DNA from: Octopus sinensis
Lineage: Eukaryota
Length of the DNA stretch: 64,000 nucleotides
Reading direction: 5' to 3'
NCBI RefSeq assembly: GCF_006345805.1
Contig: NC_043011.1
Coordinates: forward strand, 12,090,001-12,154,000
This document shows positions 51,890-60,510 of this stretch, in pieces. The position numbers were made by a program, and so were the translations under genes. Position 1 is the first letter of the stretch. Every line of letters begins with the position of its first letter. Below the pieces are notes generated by a model, which saw nothing but the letters and a program-made list of their open reading frames with translations, was not told the origin of the DNA and did not search any database.

Positions 51890-53931
51890 ACTACTACTAC
51901 TACATAATTTTTGTGTTTATCTCCTCAATTTTATACTGAGACATCCTCTAGCTAGAAACTTCTACTCAATAGGAATATTCTACTGGTAAACAACCCTCTT
52001 CTACTCCTTTCGAGTCAGTGAGCAGTATTCATTTTTGAAGATATTACTACAAAATGTAAAATGTATTAAACCATCTGATTCAAGGAAATTTGTTCCTAGA
52101 AGTTAATAATGAAAGCAATACTTTATTATCTGCATAAGATACCTGGAACATAAGCGTTCCAAGAAAAGAGATAAGTAAAGTTGGAAAATAAGACTTATGT
52201 TGTGGTCTGATTCTGAGAATGTTGTGTTCACTTAGTAATTAAATCTGGCAGCTTGTGTGATAATGTGTAGATAAAGTACAGTTTGAAAGGATGAATGTGT
52301 CTCCCCTGCCATAATTTGATTAGAGTCAGTGTCATTTACATCGGCTGAGAGTAGTGTGTGATATGACACTTGATTACTCTCATTTCTGTAATTTCTGTGT
52401 GACTCCTTCCTTCCTGTCCGGCTCGACTGTCTATTCTTAGATATGTTTATCTTGTTTAGCTTAATCTAAACCTGGTTGATTTACAATCAGGAACTTTTGA
52501 TTTAACCCTTTAGTGTTTAAACTGGCCCAAATATTCTATATCTTTATATATAAAAGTGAAGTTGTGTGTCTGTCTCCTACGATTTAGATTCCTAACTACT
52601 CCCACATTTTGTGGTGCAGTTTAACCAAAAGCGGGTATCTTATAGTCGTGATTCATATCAAGCCCTTCTGGGTATTAGCGTGCGTCTACGATGAGTCTAC
52701 GATTTAAAAAAAAATTTACCATCATTTTTTCCCATTTTAATGCATTTTTTTCGCTATTATATAAGGGAAGTAACTCTCTAAAAATGTCTACGATGAGTCA
52801 ACGATTTAAAAAAAATTTACCATCATTTTTTTTCCATTTTAAATGCATTTTTTTGCTATTTTTTGGCTATAACTCTCTAAAAATGCTTATATAGTTATTT
52901 CCCTTACAAACCCAAGCAACGCTGGGCGATACTGCTAGTGTTTTATATTCAAACTGGCGATATCTAGCCTCTCGCACCTGACCTACATTGACATTCTAAA
53001 AATAAACAATCACATCATTGAAACCTCAAAGCTATGAGACAATGCAGAATTAATTCAAAACAATTTGAGTGAAAAAAAGTATTACAGTTAACAGAGTAAT
53101 CTGAGTAGTAAAGGGTTAAATATATTTGCTGGTGTCAGTCAACAAATTTGTTGTAAAGCCATTGAATGTCATTGTTTTGCTTCTCAATATGAGAAATCTT
53201 GTTTTGAAAAGCAAAGAGTCAGGGTTCAAATTGAGATAGAAACTTACTACAATCTGATATGGTATATATCCTGAGGAATAGTTAAATGTTGGAAATTTGT
53301 TTGAGAAAAACATCAGATGGAATCGTTTTAAAAAGTGTGGGTTTTCTCTTGTATGTAGTGTTTCTTTTAGAATTCTCTTAAACATTTCCAATGTTCAGAA
53401 ACACATGACAGTACCTTTGACAGAGTTAGATGTAAGCTTTAACGTCCGTTTTCCATGCTAACATGGGTTGGACGATTCGACCGGGGTCTGGTAAGCCATG
53501 GAGGCTGCACCAAGCACTAGTCTAATTTGGCAGTGTTTCTACAGCTGGATGCCCTTCCTAACGCCAACCACTCCGTGAGTGTAGTGGGTGTTTTTTACGT
53601 GCCACCGGCACAGGAGCCAGAGCAGGCTGGCAAACAGCCACGATCGGTTGGTGCTTTTATGTGTCACCGACACAGACGCCAGTCAGGCGACGCTAGTATC
53701 TGTCACGTTCGAACAGTGCTTTTTACATATGTCTTAAATACTTATATTTACGCACACACGCGCGCACACACACACACATTTTGTCTCTGTCGTTATTAAT
53801 GTTTGACTTGTTTCCTCTTTACCTACAGGTATGGACCTCTAAGCAGTGTACGTTGTTTACCTGACAGGTTTTGTGCTTTTATAAATTTTAAAACTAAAGA
53901 ATCAGCTGGTAAAGCTATGAATTCTTTACAG
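4807..53931 (+). CDS. TTC31: Partial multi-exon gene (7 internal exons) encoding a TPR-UBA-linker-RRM protein, TTC31-like; both ends outside the window
   Basis: Manual splicing gives an uninterrupted frame: (R)[117 protein letters not shown]...[69 protein letters not shown]. All 6 introns are GT-AG with matching phases. The symbol rests on recalled similarity of FGNRSxCxER..A..W..G.FR.G.AL to TTC31 TPRs; orthology is not verified. Confidence 0.9.
5520..5990 (+). mobile_element. RTE RT fragment ([11 protein letters not shown]) split by a SINE
   Basis: atcgatctggaaaaggcttctgacagtgtacca; resumes after the 17-bp TSD. Confidence 0.55.
5648..5863 (+). mobile_element. SINE family A, full length
   Basis: 17-bp TSD ggtatgagaaagaagag at 5631-5647 and 5864-5880; head gagctggcagaaacgttagc, internal ggttc/gagttcaaattcc B-box-like motif. 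Confidence 0.9.
6466..6701 (-). mobile_element. SINE family A, full length
   Basis: 17-bp TSD tagattctatgacacct at 6449-6465 and 6702-6718. Confidence 0.9.
7500..7860. repeat. Degenerate AT-rich minisatellite (aagttagtcttcaa-like units)
   Basis: Recurrent ttagtcttc/taagttag motifs at irregular ~20-40 bp spacing. Confidence 0.5.
8085..8420 (-). mobile_element. LINE (RTE/L2-like) 3' fragment
   Basis: Minus translation [31 protein letters not shown]. Confidence 0.55.
9527..9746. mobile_element. piggyBac-like MITE
   Basis: TTAA|CCCTTT ... AAAGGG|TTAA. Confidence 0.75.
11402..11492 (+). CDS. Exon (TPR: [30 protein letters not shown]), 91 nt, phase 2/0
   Basis: T-rich tract + ctag acceptor; gtgagc donor; ALxDA...WxKGxFRxGxAL TPR signature. 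Confidence 0.93.
12815..13245 (+). mobile_element. CR1-type LINE 3' end
   Basis: [38 protein letters not shown]; ends with caataaaaattgaattg. Confidence 0.8.
13334..13438 (+). CDS. Exon (TPR end + UBA start: [35 protein letters not shown]), 105 nt, phase 0/0
   Basis: ttgtag acceptor; gtaagt donor; YxxAxxAF TPR helix. Confidence 0.92.
15010..15232 (+). mobile_element. SINE family A; partial or decayed copies also at ~6980-7175, 7330-7500, 11640-11760 and 34500-34660
   Basis: Same head, core and aaagaaata tail as the TSD-flanked copies. Confidence 0.85.
15391..16685 (+). mobile_element. Decayed Penelope-like retroelement (RT C-half + GIY-YIG), 5'-truncated
   Basis: [22 protein letters not shown]...YVDD..RVTIDYP..RLPVLD; CRTKNVV...[16 protein letters not shown]; stops and frameshifts. 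Confidence 0.85.
18057..18160 (-). ncRNA. Minimal type I hammerhead ribozyme motif with extended helix II
   Basis: Minus strand reads taac-CUGAUGA-Gtggctatattta...taaatatagccaC-GAAAC-ACGT-GUC-gtta: complete core, palindromic helix III, 4-bp helix I. Confidence 0.8.
22215..23040. repeat. ~215-bp direct duplication (about 22215-22430 and 22825-23040) at the 3' end of the minus-strand Penelope-like element; probable partial-tandem pLTR; includes a 23-24 bp unit x3 at ~22446-22512
   Basis: Shared sequence atcat.atagatatagggtaaaaaatt...gaccgttatttctatt; tandem cagataacactatctgtaactc(c)a. Confidence 0.75.
23110..25230 (-). mobile_element. Decayed Penelope-like retroelement (YRDD-type RT, Asn-rich linker, CNC..C..C finger, GIY-YIG)
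   Basis: ORFs 24569-25063 ([35 protein letters not shown]) and 23351-24385 ([33 protein letters not shown]); continues frameshifted as FIWELKE..KWDI toward 23110. Confidence 0.88.
26389..26428 (-). ncRNA. Minimal hammerhead variant with U3-A8 core
   Basis: ctaca-UUGAAAA-GGGG caata CCCC-GAAAC-GC-GUC-tgtag on the minus strand; 5-bp helix I, 4-bp helix II, palindromic helix III. Confidence 0.7.
26550..26589 (+). ncRNA. Inverted copy of the U3-A8 hammerhead variant (GUC changed to AUC)
   Basis: ctaca-UUGAAAA-GGGG caata CCCC-GAAAC-GC-AUC-tgtag. Confidence 0.6.
26820..29590. repeat. ~2.8-kb imperfect (TA)n array punctuated by TGCA
   Basis: Directly visible; source of all the YIYI ORFs. Confidence 0.98.
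29590..30030 (-). mobile_element. Tc1-like 5' fragment (TIR + paired-like HTH), truncated at the TA array
   Basis: TA|CAGGGGTTGGACAAAATAAAGGAAACACCT; [53 protein letters not shown]. Confidence 0.82.
31554..31595 (-). ncRNA. Decayed hammerhead motif downstream of a Penelope-like GIY-YIG fragment
   Basis: cac-CUAAUGA-aggctg...cagcc-AAAAC-GUU-gtg: both core segments carry a G-to-A change; helices I and II still pair. Confidence 0.5.
31830..32330 (-). mobile_element. Penelope-like GIY-YIG fragment
   Basis: ORF 31978-32313: [13 protein letters not shown]...[33 protein letters not shown]. Confidence 0.8.
32345..32640 (+). mobile_element. tRNA-derived SINE family D
   Basis: ggaggcacatggcctagtggttagagcagcggactcgcagtcgagggatcgcgggttcgaatc head. 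Confidence 0.75.
32758..32974 (+). mobile_element. SINE family A
   Basis: 15-bp TSD tatggatgtctagct at 32743-32757 and 32975-32989. Confidence 0.88.
33280..33975 (+). mobile_element. Decayed RTE-type RT fragment
   Basis: [21 protein letters not shown]..; [18 protein letters not shown]. Confidence 0.8.
34926..35016 (+). CDS. Exon (UBA domain: [30 protein letters not shown]), 91 nt, phase 0/1
   Basis: ttccag acceptor; gtaaat donor; joins the previous exon to give LxEMGF, the UBA MGF motif, with AL..LL helix 3. Confidence 0.92.
35487..35568 (-). ncRNA. Inverted copy of the 35770 hammerhead (GUC changed to AUC)
   Basis: Minus strand ctttc-CUGAUGA-GAAGA...UCUUC-GAAAC-AUAU-AUC-gagag. Confidence 0.68.
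35770..35851 (+). ncRNA. Minimal type I hammerhead ribozyme motif, sense to the host gene; predicted cut after C35846
   Basis: ctttc-CUGAUGA-GAAGA...UCUUC-GAAAC-AUAU-GUC-gagag; complete core, palindromic ACAUAUGU helix III, 5-bp helix I with one G.U. Confidence 0.82.
37184..37811 (-). mobile_element. Internally deleted Tc1/mariner-like element
   Basis: Perfect 23-bp inverted repeat at 37214-37236 and 37761-37783; minus translation [30 protein letters not shown] containing one stop. Confidence 0.6.
39589..41285. mobile_element. Tc1/mariner (DD41D, rosa-type) fold-back derivative with long inverted arms and nested insertions
   Basis: TA|CAGAGTGTCCCA...TGGGACACCCTG|TA; transposase C-terminus [28 protein letters not shown] on + and an inverted copy from WP onward on -. 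Confidence 0.85.
40687..41091 (+). mobile_element. SINE family B (tRNA-like head, internal (TA/TG)n), inserted into a mariner arm; other copies at ~9982-10301 (+), 45560-45815 (-) and 62533-62919 (-)
   Basis: gcacaggagtggctgtgtggtaag...ggttcagtccc head; tail gactgaaacaagtaaaagagt; four near-identical copies in the window. Confidence 0.88.
42330..42570 (+). mobile_element. RTE LINE 3' ORF fragment
   Basis: [45 protein letters not shown]. Confidence 0.8.
42953..43064 (+). CDS. Exon (linker: [38 protein letters not shown]), 112 nt, phase 1/2
   Basis: ttttcatttcag acceptor; gtaagt donor; phases bridge the UBA and RRM exons exactly. Confidence 0.85.
43373..43482. repeat. 39-bp minisatellite, ~2.8 copies
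   Basis: tcacaaatttaaatattcattgcattcactgcatcc(t/a)at starting at 43373, 43412 and 43451. Confidence 0.95.
47010..47110 (+). mobile_element. Short CR1/L2/Jockey-like LINE remnant
   Basis: [23 protein letters not shown] resembles the post-RT LY.A.IRP.MEY motif. Confidence 0.4.
47883..48330 (-). mobile_element. (GAT)n-tailed non-autonomous retroelement with internal ~60-bp tandem units; at least 14 further copies or fragments (~10302-10680, 14489-14757, 17642-17880, 20790-21223, 31087-31480, 36540-36752, 39725-40152, 42575-42897, 47700-47760, 53440-53730, 61150-61482, 63538-63655, 63750-63920, plus RTE tails)
   Basis: Shared catcatcatcgtttaacgtccgctttccatgctagcatgggttgg...ggatgcccttcctaacgccaacc... 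followed by repeated ggtgctttttacgtgccaccggcac units. Confidence 0.88.
48562..48651 (+). CDS. Exon (RRM N-half: [30 protein letters not shown]), 90 nt, phase 2/2
   Basis: ttatttatag acceptor; gtaagt donor; RNP2-like LWVGNV. Confidence 0.92.
48733..49151. mobile_element. MITE with GGATCTTTTC(G/A)GTTTGAACGGCAG TIRs and 8-bp TSD (Merlin- or hAT-like); other copies at 8511-8922, 38500-38913 and partial 2884-3189
   Basis: TSD aaatcttg on both sides here; gcattttt/gcattttc around 8511-8922. Confidence 0.85.
49252..51330 (-). mobile_element. 5'-truncated RTE LINE (RT C-half, 3' UTR, (GAT)n tail), decayed
   Basis: [14 protein letters not shown]; [21 protein letters not shown]; [18 protein letters not shown]; purine-rich UTR on the + strand; tail near 49252-49275. 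Confidence 0.85.
51800..51903. repeat. (CTA)n microsatellite with TAA interruptions
   Basis: Directly visible. Confidence 0.95.
52506..53115. mobile_element. piggyBac-like MITE carrying a nested Helitron
   Basis: TTAA|CCCTTT ... AAAGGG|TTAA. Confidence 0.75.
52541..52938 (+). mobile_element. Non-autonomous Helitron
   Basis: A|TC start, subterminal hairpin cccaagc-aac-gctggg, CTAG|T end, no TSD. Confidence 0.75.
53829..53931 (+). CDS. Exon (RRM C-half: [34 protein letters not shown]), 103 nt, phase 2/0
   Basis: cctacag acceptor; gtaaat donor; RNP1-like FCAFINF. Confidence 0.92.
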
Positions 53932-54081
53932 GTAAATACCCTGTTTCTATCCCTTTACCACCACATTCTCTACTCTTGAAACTCTTCTGATAGTATTGTC
54001 TTTCTTTTTCCCTCCCCTTCTCTCACTCCCCCATCCCCTTCCTCTCTCTCTCTTTCTCTCTCCCTCCCTCTTCTCTCTTTG

Positions 54082-54118
<37 letters not shown>

Positions 54119-54938
54119 TCTATTGTGTCTGGGGAGAGTCATTTTCTTTTTGTGCCTTATTATGTAACACACTCACCGGCAAGTGTGTTACATAATAAAG
54201 CACAAAAAGAAAATGACTCTCCCCAGACACAATAGAATATGCTTCAACACACAAACTCATAAAGAATCTTGCAAACCAAATCCAAAAACGAAATATATAT
54301 ACACACATACACAGACAAACATGAACACACATTGGGTAGTGGATAATGATCTTAGTGAAGATGTGATTTCTCTGCTTGATATGAGTCCATGGCTTAGTAG
54401 GATTCAGCTGACTGTACCTGGAATGGGTCCCTGTCCAAAGTGACATTTCCCTTGCTGTGGGAAAATAACCTTGTTACTATTTAGAAAGATGCTAGAAAGA
54501 AAATCTTATAATCCAGTGTGAAGGCCATAATGCAATCTGGTGTCGAACTCAAATTTTACAGCCAAGCTTGTGCCAAACATGGTACTCTGCACCCTTTTGG
54601 ACAATACTGTTGAGGTCGAGAGAAAGCTTATGTTATTTAGCAACTCAAAATTTCCGACCAGTTAGCCTAGACTTGTGCCCTTGAGAGGTCACTTCCTATC
54701 TAACTCTAGTCCAAAGTATATTGTCTCTTCAGAAAAATGAATGACAAAATATATATACATGGATATATATATATTTATATCTATCTGTCTAACTTTGCAC
54801 GTACAACACACACACACACTCTCTTTCTCTCTCTCTTTTATATTACATCCTACAAACAATTGTAAGAATAACTATTGAAGCTTTACTAATTGCAATATAC
54901 ACACCTGAATTTTACCTACAGATACTGTGCGCACACAC

Positions 54939-54981
<43 letters not shown>

Positions 54982-55139
54982 TAAAAAAAACCCACCTTTT
55001 ATCAATTCAAAATGAACAATTAAATTACACCATCTAGAAAATTACATATAATAGAAATATTAAAATTAAAATAACAATAAAAGATCAATGATTAAGTAAA
55101 TTGCAAAAAAAATAATAATAACGTATATAATTGGTAGAA

Positions 55140-55228
55140 TAACGACACGTGTTTCTTGGCTATATTTAAGAAATGATTATAGTAGTAGTAAAATCACTTC
55201 GATATAAATATAGCCACTCATCAGGTTA
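55140..55228 (-). ncRNA. Second copy of the same hammerhead family (C-to-A change at the base of helix II)
   Basis: taac-CUGAUGA-Gtggctatattta...taaatatagccaA-GAAAC-ACGT-GUC-gtta; flanks homologous to 17910-18240. Confidence 0.7.
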
Positions 55229-55269
55229 AAAATAAACTAGAATAATAAAATAATTAATTAATAAATATA

Positions 55270-55614
55270 GGTGATAGGTGACCCCCTTCGGTCAGACACT
55301 GACCATGGGTTTGCACCTAGAGAGTTACTCTCTGAGGCACAAGTCTGGGCAAGGTTGTTTCATGGAAGACCAGCAGTCGCCCATGCATACCGGCCTCCCC
55401 TCTCCACGCCACCGATGTTGTCCAAGGGAAAGGCAAGGGCCGATACAGCTTGGCACCCGTGACGTCGCAACTCATTTCTACAGCTGAGTGAACTGGAGCA
55501 ACGTGAAATAAAGTGTCTTGCTCAAGAACACAACACGCAGCCCGGTCCGGGATTCGAGCTCACAACCTCACGATCGTAAGTTCGACGCTCTAACCACTGA
55601 GCCACGCGCCTTCA
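55270..55614 (-). mobile_element. tRNA(Arg)-like SINE family C; decayed relatives at ~46345-46620, 51400-51560 and 56760-57020
   Basis: Minus head gtggctcagtggttagagcgtcgaacttACGatcgtgaggttgtgagctcgaatccc with A/B boxes and an ACG anticodon-like loop. Confidence 0.8.
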
Positions 55615-55676
55615 CTTTAATAAATATACTTTAATATATATATATATATATATATCATCATCATCATCATCATCAT

Positions 55677-55719
<43 letters not shown>

Positions 55720-56437
55720 CAACAATTGAGGGTAAAATTAATTAATTAATCAATTTCACCAAGTATATATATATATATAGTCATATGAACTCTACCAAAA
55801 TTTACCAGTATAACATTTTTGAATCTAGCATTGAAGATTTAATCAGTAATGAAATTATTCCCAAGTCTCTTTGTGACTGACTGCAGAACTTCCTCAACAA
55901 TTTAAAGTCTAAAAACCAAAAAGATAGAACAAAAAAAATAGATGGAAAATGATTAATAATGGCTATTGTTTTTATATTGAGTTTCTAGTTATGGTTAATT
56001 GCTTTTATCTTAAAAACATTCTGATGCAGATTCCATTGAAAATATAGATATGCATGCCTGACTTTTTCAATTTTTAATTATTTTCGTCATTGGTACATGG
56101 TCTTAGGGTCTTTATTCATTTGTCCACTTTCATTGTTGTGTTTAAGTGAAAACTTGTGGTTTGATCGTTTTGACTGCTATGTCAGCATGCCAGTACTGCC
56201 TGTTAGTACCCATAATTATTATATATCAGGACGTCATGATAGATCGTTAGCTCCTACACGCATTTTTTTCTCTCCTTGTTTCTCTCCTAGTTTTTTTCTG
56301 TGTATCTTTCTGTCGAAGAGCATAGGCTCGAAATGTAAAAGACTTTTTCTATTCCTGAGCGCTATACTAATACATTTGTTTTTTTGTACTCCACCTGCCT
56401 TCGTCTTTTGTTTATTTTCGTAAACTTTCCCTATATA

Positions 56438-56522
<85 letters not shown>

Positions 56523-57639
56523 ATATATATATACACACACTGTTGTGTCTGGGGAGAGTCATTTTCTTTTGTGCCTTATATAATATAACACACTCACCGG
56601 TAAAATTTCCACTTTTTAACAGAATATGCTTCAACACACGAACTCACATAAAGAATCTTGCAAACCAAATCCAAAAACGAAATATATATATATATATTTT
56701 TTTTATTTTATTTTATTTTATCTAGTTTCAGCTCACGAGCTGTGGCCATGCTGGGGCATGTATATATGTATATGTATTTGATTGCGAGATTGTGGGTTTG
56801 GATGCCAGACTGGGTGTTGTGTGGCATTCTTGAGCAAAGCACATCATTTCACATTGCACTGCAATCATTTCATCATCTGACATGGTGCACATGTGCAAGT
56901 AATGTTGATTTGGTGGAGTGAGTGAGCTTATGTGTACACAAACATTTGATCACTATAAAGAAATCATCTGTGTGGTTGTTCAGCAAGAAATTGCCGAACC
57001 CTCAGATGTCATTTAACAGATGTTATCTCGGGATAAGTACTACAGTAACTGGCCTATCAAAAGTGTACATACATTAAGCATGATACATAGATGGCTATTT
57101 CAATTAAATACTGCTTCAGTTGCATATACTAGATTTTTAATTCAACTGGGCAGCTATTCATAACACTAGTGAATCTTTTATTCACTCTTTCCTATATCAG
57201 AGACAATGAATTTTACTTTGAGCATGTGGCTAGCTACAAGTATGCACCATTGGAGTGACCCAAAACAACTGAAATATGTGTAGTACTTTCGTTGGCCACT
57301 ACTAGGTTGAATTTTTGTGTCTCTCTCTAATAGTTATTTTGCTTTTTAACACAGTTAGTCCATAAGAGTTGTTATCTCAGGACAAATATTATAGTAGTAG
57401 ACTTGTAGACAGTGTGTATACATTAAGTATGATACATGTATGGCTATTTTAATTTTATGCTACTTTAATTGTGTATACCAGACATATATGTGTATGTATA
57501 GATTATGATAAAAACTGCAAAAAGCTTTGTGAACTACAGCTCCCCAGGGTTTCCTCACTGAAATTTTTATTTTGCTATTTATCAAGCTGGTAAAACCACA
57601 AGACGACATAAAGAAAACATCTCACTCTTGGTATTTACA

Positions 57640-58020
57640 CAGTCACTGGAGGTTCTTAAGTTTTTAAAGAGATGCAGTTTCTCAAGTGAGCATATGAAGC
57701 ATTTGACCCATCAATATGTAGTTTGGTCTTATGAAGGATCTTCCATTTAATGTGGCTGACATCCTCGTCTTTAAGTTTCCAGATTAATGCTGACTGGGTT
57801 GTTGCATGTCTCTTCTTGAGGTGTCTAAAATTTGAAAGATGATTGTTGTATCTGGATTTGAATTTTCCTTCCACAGATGCAGTATAACACTTGCTCTCTG
57901 TCCAGCTGTTGTCATAGTTTGTTGATGTCTGTACTTCATAAACAACGGAGACTGTGTCACATGCCTGCTATAGAGAACATTTAGATTTGCATAAGATCTT
58001 CATATGCATCCAGGACAGGT
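57640..58020 (-). mobile_element. Penelope-like GIY-YIG fragment
   Basis: ORF 57656-57874: FKSRYNNHLSNFRH..ALIWKLKD..IKWKILH. Confidence 0.78.
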
Positions 58021-58544
58021 CTCAATCATCAGTTGTTTATTAGTATAAGCCTTTATGTTAGAGTGGTGTGAATATGTGAACTTAACCGTGTGCCTATTTA
58101 ATATCTTTCAACACCTGTTTTCTTTAGTCATAAATCTCTTGTTTCACTCGTCTTCAAAGGTACAAAGCCTGTTAGCAATTGTCAACAGGGGAAATGACAA
58201 CAAAATGTGTGAGTTTGTAGCTGGTGAACTTTAGGAAGCACAAATGTAAACATTCACTTAAATAGGCCTACTTGAATTCACTTAAATAGGCCTACTTACC
58301 TATTAACGCGTGCACACACACACACTCATTCTCTCTCTCTCTCTCATAAATCTGGCCTGATAAAATGTACATGGATTGCATGTAATATTTTGTAATTTTA
58401 CAAAATCATTTATATTTACTTAATAAAAAGAAATGACAAAGGAATAAATGATTATCTTATGAACTTCATTAGCTGACAGCTGTTTCCACTACAAACTGAA
58501 AATCTAGGAAATGTATCAGTTATAAGAATAGCTCATCCATTATA

Positions 58545-60510
58545 TATTCATCATTATCGTCATCGTTTAATGTCTGCCTTCCATGCTGGCCTGGGTTGGA
58601 CAATTTGACAGGAGCTGGCCAGGCAGGAGCCTGCACCTGACGTCTGTGTCTGTTTTGGCAGGGTTTTTATGACTGGATGCCCTTCCTAACACCAACTACC
58701 CACCCACCCAGCAGAATGAACTGAGTGCTTTTGATGTGGCACAAGCACAGGCGAGGTCAGTTTTGGCAAAATTTTTACAGCTGGATGCCTTTCCAAATGC
58801 CAACTATGTTAGAGTGTGAAATGGATGCTTTTTGCATGGCATTAGCATTGGCAAGGCCTCCAAGTAACTTGCAAAACAAAGATCCTCTGAGAGGGAAGAG
58901 GGCGTTGAAAGAGGTGATTTGTATCAGATGATGAAAGGTTATGGTGAGACAGACAGAAACAGGTGTCTTGCTGTAGAGGAGGTACATAGTCACCCAGCCA
59001 GAGAGTAAGAGGGAGAAAGAGAGAGAGAGAGAGAGTATTTCTTTATTCACCATAAGGTTGAGAAAAAGAGGGGACAATACGGGGACAGACAAAACAAACG
59101 TTGGGGTCAGGGTATTGAATGAGACGAAACGTATGAATGAACAAACAATTAAAATATATACAATTAAATGAGAATGAGTGAATAACAAAAAATGAAGCGG
59201 AGGACATAGTTGACCCCACAAACCACATACTCACACTGAAGACTTTGATTTCTCCTTTTTTACATTCTCGATTAAACAGGTTCTTTCACTCGCAACATAC
59301 TTGCTATATACTTCCATCTTTTACGAAACACACTTTGCGACAGGCATTTCTTCTCCAGCCTTGGCAGAACAGGTGTGCTGCTGCAAAAGAGATACATGGT
59401 TACCCAACCTGAGGGAAGAGTAAGAGAAGAAAGAGAGTGGGAGACTGCAAGAGAGCAGGAGAGAGATGGTGGCAGAGTGCTGGGCATACTCACAAGGGAC
59501 GGGGATAAGAATATAAATGGGATGGTGGAGTAAAAGAAGCGAGTGATAGACAGAGGTAATAATATGAGTGGAAGGACATTGCTAAAGAAGCATGAGTAGA
59601 GAGTAGAAGAGGGGAATGCAGAGGGGGTATACAAAGGGGGTGGTGGGCTTCCAGATAAAAATGATACTGTGAACAGGTCCATGATGACAGGATTTGGGGG
59701 TGAGAGGTTAGCATAGTATGTGAAAGAAGAGATGTGAGGAAAAGAAGAGATGTAGTTTGGTTTATTGGGGTAGGGTGTGTGAAAAGTTTTCTTATTATGT
59801 ATGGGTGGAACACAAGTATTTGTGGAACACACAGTGCTTCTAGAACTCAGTTTTGCTGATGTGTGTGTGGGCAGGGTGTCTTCTCAAGAACCTCAAATTG
59901 CCAGACATCTCAGTCCATTGTCATTTCCTCTGTGAGCTCCAACATCCTAGGATCAGTCCTCATCACTTCATCCCATGTCTTCTTGGGTCTCCCTCTTCTG
60001 CAGGACCATCCACTTTCAGTAATGGGCACTTCTTTATGTAGCTGTCTTCATTCATACGCATCACATGTCCAAACCAATGTAGTCTTCTCTCTTGCATGCT
60101 ACACTTGATTCCTCTTATGCCCAACTTTTCTCTCAATACATTTGCACTTTGCCGTACATGCACACTGATGTTGCACATCCAACAGAGATACTGCCTTCAT
60201 TTCTCTCCAGTCTACGCATGTCTTCTGCATTCAGAGAACATGTCTCACTACCATGGAGTATAACCGTTCATACACAAGCATCATACAATCTATCATTAAT
60301 TCTGAGAGAGAGTCCTTTTGTTGCTAACAGAGGTAATAACTCTCTGAACTTCCTCCATCCTATTCTTATTCTAGAAACAATGCTTTCAGAGTATCCTCCA
60401 CCAATGCTAATGTGGTCACCTAGGTAACAGAAACTATCTACAACCTCAAGAGAGCCTCCTGGGCATTTGAGAGAGACTACGTCCCATGTGCTCTTAGTGC
60501 TTATTGTTCC
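58545..60510 (-). mobile_element. Second 5'-truncated copy of the same RTE family
   Basis: [33 protein letters not shown]; same UTR architecture as 49252-51330. Confidence 0.8.
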
